This document shows, piece after piece, positions 38,893 to 49,542 of a stretch of 64,000 nt of DNA. Numbering within the stretch: position 1 is the first letter of the stretch; every line of letters begins with the position of its first letter. Both the position numbers and the translations under genes were made by a program. Under the pieces are notes generated by a model that had not been told where the DNA came from, ran no database searches, and worked only from the letters and a program-made list of their open reading frames with translations. Origin of the DNA: Octopus vulgaris (taxonomy: Eukaryota); assembly GCA_951406725.2 (NCBI GenBank), contig OX597823.1:26412001-26476000 (forward strand), in the 5' to 3' direction.

Positions 38893-41766
38893 TTAGTCCT
38901 CTTGCATATGGGTGGGGGGTATCAAAGTGTTTGAGTGACATTAGATCCCAACAAACACCCATAAATTAAATGCATCTATATGGGCCACAGTTGTGGCTTG
39001 TCAACCTGTGACGGCCACAATCATGGCCTGTCACACTTTATATGTTAAAGTAGGCACCAGTCATATGCTGGCTTAGTTCCGTCTATGATATTCCACTGAG
39101 GCTGAATACCTTTCAATCCTTTATCTTGTTTTCTATCTTTTGCTTGTTTCTAACATTGGACTGTGGCTGTGCTGGGGCATTACCCCAGTGCTTGATATTT
39201 TATTTTAAATCTGGTACGTACTCTATCGGTCTCATTTGCTGGGACACAAACAAACCAACACCGGTTGTCAAGTGACTTGAGGACAAACACACTCACACAC
39301 ACACACATGCACACACACGTATATATATATATATATATATATGTATACAATGGACTTCCACACAATTTCCATCAACCACATTCTTTTCTACTTTAAGCAC
39401 AAGCCCTGAAATTCTTGGGAAGGAGGCCAGTTGATTAGATCGACTCCAGAATGCAACTGGTACTTAATTTATTGAACCTGAAAGGATGAAAGGCAAGGTC
39501 AACCTCAATGGAATTTGAACTCAGAACGTAAAGACATGAAATACCGCTAAGCATTTTGCCTGTCGTGCTAACGTTTCTGCCAGCTTGCTGCCTTTCCATC
39601 AACCACATTCACTCACAGGGCATTGGTCAGCCTAGTACTATAGTAGAAGACACTTGCCCAAGGTGCTGCACAGTGGGACTGAACCCAAAACATTGTCGTT
39701 TCAAAGTAAGCCTTGTAATTTACACATGCATTCCTTTGTTAAAATTCTGTGATCAAATCTTGCTTTGGCTGACTATTTTTTTTTGAGAAGCATGAAAGCA
39801 ACAAAATCAATTTTAGTGAACTTTGAACATGGAATGTGAAAGGTTTGAACTAGAAATCTGCAGGCTTTAAATCTGGTGCTCAACTGATCTTGTGGGTTTC
39901 TCACTTGAACTGCACAGATGAACTTACAACATAATGACATGGAGTGTAAGGTGTGCTGAGCCACTTACTAGCTCGTAGTTCTTGTTCAAATCCACTGTGA
40001 GCATTTTATTTTGTATTACATCATCGTCATCATCCCCATCATCATCGTCATCATCATCATTGTTTTAATGTTCGCTCTTCCATGTTTGCATGGGCCAAAT
40101 GGAATTCGTTAAGGCAGATTTTCTATGGCCGGATACTTTTCCTGCCATCAAACCTCATCTGTTTCCAAGCAAGATAATATTTCTTCATAGCCATGCATGT
40201 TTCCATGGAAGATTGGAAATTAACAACACTGCTAGTTTAACAGTGATACTTGTCTACAACTATCATGCAATGTCATAGCACAAAACACATGCTCTCACAC
40301 ACATACACATGCATACAGACACATGTATATATATATATATATATAGGACAGGATTCTTTTAATATCCATCTACCAAATTCTCATACAAGGCTTTGGTTAG
40401 CTCTGGGGCTTTATTAGAAGGCATTTGCTGATGGTGCATGCAGTTGGATTGAACCTGAAACTACATGGTTGGGAAGAAAACTTCTTAACCACATAGCCAT
40501 GTCGACACCTAACACATCTCAGCATATAGAATTAGGTAGTAGCATATGTGCCACAGCATGGCCACATTGTCACAAAGTTTACTTGGCAACTGCATAGTTT
40601 CAGGTTCATTACCTCTGCATGTCACCCTAGGCAAGTGACTTTTTCTATAACCTTGTTTTGATCGATGCTTTGTGAGTGAAATTTGGTTGACAGGAACCAT
40701 TTGGTTGACCATCAGGAGGGATTGGTTTTCATCTTGCGTACTGGACTTCATTACTTGGTTGTTGGGTGTCTTCAGTAGAGCATCCATTGCTACAAGTACT
40801 GACAGCCTCTGTATTAGGGGAAGATGGTGTTCTAGAAGATCTTGCTAAAACATAGAATTGAACATTAAGCCTATTTCCCATTGACCTCCATGTTACATGG
40901 ACATCAATAGACATTGAAGCTAATGTTTCATGTAGCAAACTTCTGTACTATGGTAGGATTTTCAGGAAACTATAATAGATGCTTATATTTGGGACAGATC
41001 TCTGGTCCGAGGATAATTTTCTCTTTTGTTTCCACTCATCATGGAGGCCCTGAAGAAAGGTGCCGAACTCTCCCTTTCCTCTTACTAAATCATTAAAAAC
41101 ATCCCCCTCATCTCTTCCTCCCAGATGGACTGGTGTTGTTATCAAGAGGAAGGTTTATCTTATGGATTGTTCAGTGTCACAAAAGCTTGTGTGTCCCAAG
41201 GACTACTTAGGTGTGTTTGTGGGATTCTGTTATGAGAAGAAATGCAGAAATAAAGACGACAATAACAGCTAAATACATAATGTTATTATTGGCTTTCATG
41301 TCACTGAAGACTGGGTCGTTGGAATCTTTTGTACCACATCCCTGGCTATATCATTCATTAATTCTTGCCAGGCCCTCATTTAATAATATTTAGGCTCTTG
41401 TATCATAAAAAAAAGTTTAAAGAAATAGAAGACATTTTTTTTGTCTGAATATGTAGATGGCATTGCAAGTGAGAGGCGTCAAACATTTCAACCAGTCATA
41501 AATAAATAAAAATTCAAGTAAAATAGAAGAAAAAATAGTTTCTTTTTTTTTTCATTTGTATATTTTTTTTATTTATAAATAAAATTTTTGATCTCACCAG
41601 TTTAGGAGTGCTGGTGGAATCTTGCTGAAATGGGTGAGGTCAATTGGTGAGGCCCAAAGCAGCTTCTGACTGTAATTATCGTAATGTATTACAAAATTAG
41701 ACAGGTGTGTATGTTGAAAAATAGATAAAGCAAAGATGAGAGTCAAAGCAACCTCTACTGCTACAA

Positions 41767-41820
<54 letters not shown>

Positions 41821-41918
41821 AAGTGAAGCTGTAAGGTACTGCATGAGTGGAAATATATATGAAAGAAGGTTTGAAAATGTAATTTTAAGCATCTTTAAAA
41901 TTGCATTTTCAAGCCTTC

Positions 41919-41974
<56 letters not shown>

Positions 41975-42731
41975 CTCGACTGGCTTCTGTGCCGGTGGCA
42001 CATAAAAAGCACCATCCGAACGTGGCCGATGCTAGCGCCGCTCCGACTGGCTTCTGTGCCGGTGGCACATAAAAAGCACCATCCGAACGTTGCCAGCGCC
42101 GCCTTGGCTGGCTTCCGTGCCGCTGGCACGTTAAAAGCTCCAACCGATCGTGGCTGATGCCGGACCCCTCCTGGCACCTGTGCAGGTGGCACGTAAAAAG
42201 CACCCACTACACTCGCGGAGTGGTTGGCGTTAGGAAGGGCATCCAGCCGTAGAAACTCTGCCAGATCAGACTGGAGCCTGGAGCAGCCCCTGGCCTCCCA
42301 GACCCCGGTCGAACCGTCCAACCCGTGCTAGCGCGGAAAACGGACGTTAAACGATGATAATGATGATATACATATATATATAGAGAGAGAGCTATTATGA
42401 ACAAGCTGAATTATAGCATGTGACCAAATGAAAAGACAACAAAGCATGATGTAAGATCTCAAGATTTGACTATCATTTCTAGCACGTTGAGTGACTGCAT
42501 AGAAGTTCCATCACTGGGGCTTAAGGAACAATTCCGCCAACAGGGCTCCAGCCTTCTATCTGTCACATCTGGGCACATTATCACATACGATACGAGCCTC
42601 AACATAGTCATTTAACTCTTTTTGAAAGAGCTGCTGTATTTCCTTCAAAAATCACTTTTCATTATCTTTAGAGAAGAAGGGCAATAGATAAGATAGTTCT
42701 GGATGTGTGTGTGTATGTATATATATATGTG

Positions 42732-42794
<63 letters not shown>

Positions 42795-42842
42795 ATGTAT
42801 ATGTATATATATATAAATAATGTAAATAATGTTATATATATT

Positions 42843-43045
42843 ATGCGGAGAAAATCCCTGGAGAAGGACATGCTCCGAATGGTCAGTGGCAAGAGAAGAG
42901 GCCGACCAAGAACCCGCTGGCTTGACACCATCAAGAGTGATACCGGAATGGACATAGCCAATCTGAAAGAAGCGGCCCAGGATAGAACTGACTGGAGGAC
43001 ACTGATCCAACGAGTGACCGAGAGTCGACTTCGACTGAGCGGATA
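42843..43045 (+). mobile_element. 3' end of a BovB-like RTE LINE
   Basis: SLEKDML.MVSGKRRGRPRTRWLDTIK..LKEAAQDRTDWR..RVTESRLRL, flanked by (TA)n. Confidence 0.8.
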
Positions 43046-43099
43046 TATATATATATGATATAGTTCAATGCTGAGAAGTTTCAAGCACTCTCCTAATGG

Positions 43100-43800
43100 C
43101 CCACAAACAGACTACAATCGGAATATACAGGACCAGGATTTGTGCGGTCCCAGTCGGAGTCGATGTGTGACCTGGGAAGCCACACGAGTAAAGATGCATC
43201 ATTCCATGTGTCATATTACCAAGATGACAACACTGGGCAGACGAGCAGCTGAATGGATTCTGAAATCCTTCAAAACCATGAAAAACGATACCATGCTACT
43301 CCAATGGAGAATTTTCGTTCCCAGTCGTCTGGATTATTGCTGCCAACAGTAGTCACTGCAGAGCGTCAAACTGGGAGCGGAACTTGAGGCACTCCAGCGT
43401 CACAAAGAAGGTTGACCACGGTAAAACAGATGAGGTACTGGGAGAGGCTACAAGAACTGAAACTCTATTCCCTCTCCCTTGAGAGATATGAACGATATGC
43501 ATACATGGAAGAACCGGGAAGGTCTAGCTCGAAGCTATAGCAGCCAGTAAACTGGACGGCACTGCATAGTACCAAAGATTCGGCCTTCTCCATCTGGAAT
43601 AAGGACCCAGTACTATAACAGCTTGAGTTCCAAGGGTCCACAGCTTTTCAACATTCTGCTAAACAACCTCAGAGACTTGCGAGATGTAGATGAGGAGGCT
43701 TTCAAAGAGCGTCTGGACAAACTTTAATCTGAGAAACTAGATGAGGCCACGTCGCGGCAGGAGGCATAAAGAAGAGCTGCGCTGTCCAACTCACCAGAAA
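43100..43800 (+). mobile_element. Degenerate CR1/L2-group LINE C-terminal fragment
   Basis: WILKSFKT..SRLDYCCQ..ELEALQR..YWERLQELKLYSL..GPQLFNIL..FKERLDKL with frameshifts. Confidence 0.75.
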
Positions 43801-44008
43801 GAATTTCTGAAAGAGAACTAATCACACTAAACGTAATGCCTCAGCCCCTGCCTGAACAGCTGTGGCTGTGTGGTAAGAAGCTTGCTTCCTAACCACATGG
43901 TTCTGGGTTCAGTCCAACTGCGTGGCATCTTGGGTAAGTGTCTTCTACTATAGTCTCGGACCGACCAAAATCTTGTGAGTGGATTTGGTAGATGGAAACT
44001 AAAAGAAG

Positions 44009-45682
44009 ACGAGTGGTTGGTAAGAGCTGTACAAGTCATGTACAGGTATGCTGTCAGTAAGGTGAGGGTTGGCAACGAGTATAGTGAAGAATTCCGGATA
44101 GAAGTAGAGGTTCACCAAGGATCAATCCTCAGCCCCCCTCTTATTCATCATAGTCCTCCAGGTAATAAAAGAGGAATTCAAGGTAGGTTACCCCTGGGAG
44201 TTTCTCTATGCTGATGACCTTGCTTTAATAGCCAGAACTAGAGACGAAGTTTAGGGCGAAGAAGCAAGGTCTAGAATCGAAGGGCTTTAGGATTAACCTA
44301 GAAAAAAACCAAAGTTTTAGTAAGTAGGAAGGCTGACAAATCATAAGCCCTTTCAGGTAGATCTGTAGAAAAGGCGTGTGTAGAAACTCCATACGATGTA
44401 CCCGGTGCAAGCCATGGAGACAAAAGGTGCAGCAATATCAAAGGAAAGGTAACCGAGAAGATAGTTTTTGTGTGTGGCAGATGCACAGGGGCAATAAACA
44501 CTGAAGTTGTACACAAAACAGATTCCATCACATGCCAGGGGCAAAAACTAGATGTAGTTCATAGCTTGCGCTATATCGGCGACCAAGTCTGTAGTGGGGG
44601 TGGTTGCTCTGAGAGTGTAGCGGCTAGAATAAGAATAGACTGGGTAAAGCTCAGAGAGCTCCTACCTCTGCTGGCAACTAAGAACCTCTCGCTCAGGATG
44701 AAAGGTAGACTGTATGATCCATGTGTGCGAGCTGCCATGCTACACGGCAGTGAAACATGGGCCATGACTGCTGAGGACATGCGTAGGCTTGAAAGAAATG
44801 AAGCTAGTATGATCCGATGGATGTGTAATGTCTGTGTGCATACACGACAGAGTGTAAGTACCCTGAGAGAAAAGTGGGACATAAGAGGCATCAAATGTGG
44901 TGTGCAGGAGACACGACTGCACTGGTATGGTCATGTGTTACGTATAGATGAGGGCAGCTGTGTGAGGAAGTGTCACACCCTAACTGTGGAACGAACCTGT
45001 GGAAGAGGTAGAACCAGGAAGATATGGGATGAGGTAGTGAAGCATGACCTTCGAACGTTGGGTCTTACAGAGGCAATGACAGGAGACCGAGACCTTTGGA
45101 GATATGCTATGATTGAGAAGACCCGGCAAGCCAAGTGAGATCGCATGGCCGATGCCAGTGTTGCATGTCCGACACATTTAAGAGTACCCTTGATGCATCG
45201 GGCGATATGATATGCTCGAGAAGACCTGTTGAGTCAAGTAAAACCAAAATCGTAGCTGTGGCCAGTACCCCTGATTGGCTCCTGTGGCGGTGGTATGTAA
45301 AAAGCACCATCCGAATGTAGTCGATGCCAGGTCCACCTGACTGGCTCCCGTGCCGGTGGCACATAAAAAGTAACATCCGCAGGTGGCCGATGCCAGTACC
45401 CACTGACTGACTCCCGTGCCGGTGGTACGTAAAAAGCACTATCCGAACGTAATCGATGCCAGGCCTACCTGACTGGCTCCTGTGCCGGTGGCACGTAAAA
45501 AGCACCCACTACACTCTCGGAATGGTTGGCGTTAGGGAGGGCATCCAGCTGTAGGAACATTGCCAGATCAGATTGGAGCTTAGTGCAGCCGCTGGCTCTC
45601 CAGACCTCAGTCAAACCATCCAACCCATGCCAGCATGGAAAACGGACGTTAAACGATGATGCTGATGATGATGATGATGATA
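44009..45682 (+). mobile_element. 5'-truncated RTE LINE (best-preserved copy)
   Basis: VHQGSILSP, LYADDL, and ORF 44470-45138 (222 aa of RTE C-terminus); 3' UTR with ~65-bp tandem repeats and (GAT)n tail. Confidence 0.95.
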
Positions 45683-45957
45683 TATATATATATGTGTGTG
45701 CGCGCGCGTTTTGTGCCCCCCCCATCGCTTGACAACCGATGTTGGTGCGTTCATTTCCCCGTAAGTTAGCGGTTCGGCAAAAATGACCGATAGAATAAGT
45801 ACTAGACTTACAAAGAATAAGTCCAGGGGTCGATTTGTTCGACTAAAAGTAAAATAATAAAAGAATAAAAAATATAGTATACTTGGAGAAAAAAAAGATG
45901 TTCATGTTTGGAACATTTTAGAGCATAAGTTTGCTAATTTAGTGATCATTTGAGGCA

Positions 45958-46144
45958 CAACAACAACAACAACAACAACATCATCAACAACAACAACATC
46001 AACATCATCATCAACAACAACAACTACAACAGCAACAACATCAACATCATCAACAACAACAACACCAACATCATCAACAACAAAAACAACAAAAACAACA
46101 ACAACAGAAGCAGCAGCAGCAGCAACTGCAGCAACAACAACAAC
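45958..46144. repeat. (AAC)n/(AGC)n microsatellite
   Basis: Visible in sequence. Confidence 0.95.
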
Positions 46145-48525
46145 CTATTGGAATGAGCAGATGGTACACAGTCACATGGCTAACAGACATCATTAAGAGA
46201 CGAAAGGAAAACTGGGTTACAAATATAATTTAAGGATGCAGCTGTAATGTTATTAAGTAGTTATGAAATAAATATATTTAAGATACGTATTGTTACTTAA
46301 ATTGATCTGATATGTCGAAATTGTAATTCTTGTTTGTTTAGTTTTATTTCTGTTTTTCCGTGTTTGCACAAGTTAGATAAAACTGAGGAAGATTTTTTTT
46401 ATGGCCAGGTGATGTTCTTGTCGTATACTATTCTAGTCGCCAAAACCTACCTGTTTTGCATCTAAGGTATTTCTGTTCATTTCATTGGTCTTCACTTACA
46501 CGAAGATGAAACTATAGGACTTCTGCTTATCAGAGAATATCATGAACAAGGACACCTTTTTCTTTTTCACTCGGTCAGTGTTAATGAGGACACGTGGATA
46601 TCAACAACAACGACTTTCAGTTACCATGAATGAAAGTCTCTCTCATCATGCCCCCCAAATACATTTGTGCCCTCTATTACTCTCCTAACTCCTCGAACCA
46701 CCAGCATCTCTTTAACTATATTTCACCCCCCCACATTAGGGACATATATCTCATTTCACGTCCCTGCTAAGTCAATGCCATCGGTGATTTTAACGTTTAC
46801 AGCTTCTCGTTGCTCCTTCTCCTTCATCCCATGCCGATGCTGTCGATATAGTAACCAAATCTTCTGCAATCTTTAATTCTCTTATTCAACTTGTCTCATC
46901 TTCTGTACGCAATCCAGATCGATACACATACTATACTCCTGTTATGTGTAGTTTCGTTCTCGATGGATGATAGACAACTCAAATGAAGGCATTGTTATTG
47001 TTGTACGTGTTTATTTACTTTACTTGTTACACGAGCTGTCAACATTCAGCGTAGTAATACATATATACTTTAGACACAGTTCGTACTGTTTACTAGCAAA
47101 ATAGTACCAAAAGTGGGGATGTATTCTACACATGTATACCCACGTATACACATAGTTATGAATGTGTAACAACTCCAAACACCTTTGATCTCTTTTTTAA
47201 TCTATTCTAGTTCAGACCACTCTATTGTTGTTTCCACACCTGTCATCTGACCATTACCTACTACTTCCCACACCTCCACATACTACACAATACCGCCTTA
47301 CAATCTGCACCTAGGGTACTTCAAGTCAACCGACTGGTCGGTGCTTCGCTAGTTTTAACTACCCTTGGTATCTGGTATGCTTCAATCGTGACCCATCAGA
47401 AACACCTACGCGGGTGACTGAGGCTGTCTTTCTAGGAATAACTCTCCACATCCCGCACACATCAAAACTCCAGTGTCCCAAACCTCGTAGTGGTTCATTC
47501 GTAGTTGTGGTAAAGTTGTTCAGGGTCTACAAACTCTGGTTAAATCTCCCCCTCCCCAGAAAAAAAAAAAAACTGAGCTGAGTGCAGTTTATCAGCAATG
47601 CAACATCTGTAGAAATGAAGTGGTGTATCGTACAGTTCCCTAGTTACTCTACCTTCCAAACTGCAGCCGATCTTTTCAGTCTCTTGTCGAAAGGATTTCC
47701 ACCAACCTCATAGAATCTCGTCTCCCGCTTCTTCATGCTGTGGCTCTGTGAGCATGGTTTATGGTTCTGTACTGTTGCAGAGAATGCCTCTACTTTCACT
47801 GCCCTTCTTGCAAACATCTCTTCATGCGCAGGTTTGGCAAATCTCCAATCCTGTCTCTTTCCACTCTTTCAAGCTCATCGTCTTGCATTCATATTTCAAT
47901 CACTTCAAATCACCAAGGCCACTCACTGGTTCAAACGTTGACCTATCCATTGCTCTCAAATATTGAACTATAGAACCTGTTTCTGTATTCCGAGATCTAT
48001 CCCGATTTATGAAAACATGTTATAATGTTTCTCAAGGGAGGTAACCTCTCTGATCCTGTCAATTATCACCACATTGTATTTACATCCACTATCGTCAAGG
48101 TAATGGACAACCATTAACAACGGCAGACTCCAACTCCTTGAATTCGTCTCACTCGTTACTAATGACCACCTGCACAATTTCTATGAAACCAGACTCGCCG
48201 GTAACTTACTCTTCTTCGTTACCTCCCCACCACTCACCAGCGAGCTCTTGCCGTAAAGGAATTTGATAAAAGCCAAATTGTTATCCTCGATATCAACTAA
48301 GCTTTCGGCAGTATCTGACATCAAACTACCTATAAAATCTTCCTACCTTTGGTCCCCACCTATCTCGCATCTCTTGGTTCGGTAGCGCTCTTTCAGTTCG
48401 CCCTGTTGTCACATGAGTCGACGGATTTCTCTCTCTCTCCCTCGTTTTCTCAGTTTCTGTATGACCAGGGATTTGGTTTTGTCTCTAATTCTCTTCCTTC
48501 CACATGACTTGCTGTCATATCTAAC

Positions 48526-48830
48526 TGTGGGATGACGTCAGCAGCTGGACGTCAGCAGCTGGACGTCAGCAGCTGGGTGCGATGACCGGAAGCTAGGGCA
48601 ACCGGAAGGGGCAGCCGTCAGGCGTGCGCAGGCAGCGGTGAATTCGGCCTTTCCAACGTGGGTCGTCGAGGTGTCAAGACGTGTGAAGGCGTCGCTAAGG
48701 TTTGGGTGAGCAGCTGCTATCTTTAGTGTTCGGGTCGGGGCTGTGTCGAAGGATTAGTTACCACTGAAGGGTCTCCATCACGAGGAAGAGAAGGTAGGTG
48801 CCTTCATATTCGAATCGCGCACACACCACA
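48526..48830 (+). repeat. 5' LTR
   Basis: TGTGGG...CCACA; near-identical to 51814-52118. Confidence 0.97.
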
Positions 48831-48842
48831 AGCTATTTCGGC
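48831..48842 (+). other. Primer-binding site complementary to nt 1-12 of tRNA-Phe
   Basis: AGCTATTTCGGC abuts the 5' LTR; its reverse complement GCCGAAATAGCT is the 5' terminus of metazoan cytosolic tRNA-Phe(GAA). Confidence 0.8.
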
Positions 48843-48883
48843 AATTCTTAAATATTTACATTTCAACACGATTCGTTGCCACG

Positions 48884-49542
48884 ATGTCTGCAAAAATTAG
48901 GATCGCCAGCGACGTCGTCAGACCCTTTAATGGTGAAGGCGATGTAGTGGCCTGGATTCGCAAAATCAGGCTGGTGGCAAGACTGTAAGGTATAAGCGAT
49001 GTGGCAAGTCTTATGGCGCTGTATTTAGAAGGGAGCGCCTTAACGCTATACCTTGAGATGGACGAAGAGGAACGGCTCAGCGAGGAGAACATAGAGCGAC
49101 GCTTGCGGGATGCCTACACAGAACGCGAATTCACAGCTTTTGCTAAGCTAGGTGCGATCAGATGGACAGGAGGACAAGTGGATGACTATGCAGCAGAAGT
49201 TAGGTTAGCGACTCTGGCTGGGTTTGCGGGAGAAGGGCTGGAGAGAGCAGCCCGGCTGGCGTTTGTGAATGGGTTCCCCGACGATGTAGGGATTCACCTA
49301 CAACGACTGCCCGGGATTAAAAAGATAGCGCTGAGCGAACTTGTGGCTCGCCAGAGAAAGCAGAGCCCCGCGAGGGACTGCGCCGCTTACACCATCGAGG
49401 ACAAAGACTTTCAGGCGGCGTTCGATGGTCAGCGGTGGACGATAGAGTGGCGATGGAAGGACGAGCCCCCGACGCTGGAAAACAGGGTGAGCTGTTACCA
49501 GCATACCCTGAAAGGCCACGCCAGGGTCGAGTTTGAAACGAG
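48884..49542 (+). pseudogene. Gag-like region of the LTR element, disrupted
   Basis: ATG 48884 (MSAKIRIASDVVRPFNGEGDVVAWIRKIRLVARL), in-frame TAA at 48986-48988, then ORF 49001-49594. No zinc knuckle or protease visible; frameshift near 49540. Confidence 0.8.

Noticed and set aside
41050-41110. Kinase-like GKGEFG motif in minus-strand ORF 40948-41145
   Set aside because: No VAIK, HRD or DFG motifs and no supporting splice structure; likely chance.
45261-45510. CRISPR-like repeat/spacer array
   Set aside because: The spacers are homologous to each other, the array lies in a LINE 3' UTR, the context is eukaryotic and there are no cas genes.
45950-46156. Poly-Asn ORF
   Set aside because: (AAC)n microsatellite with no splice or domain support.
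48831-48860. Conventional tRNA 3'-end PBS or Tf1-type self-primer
   Set aside because: No TGG near the LTR end, and no complementary stretch found by eye within the LTR.
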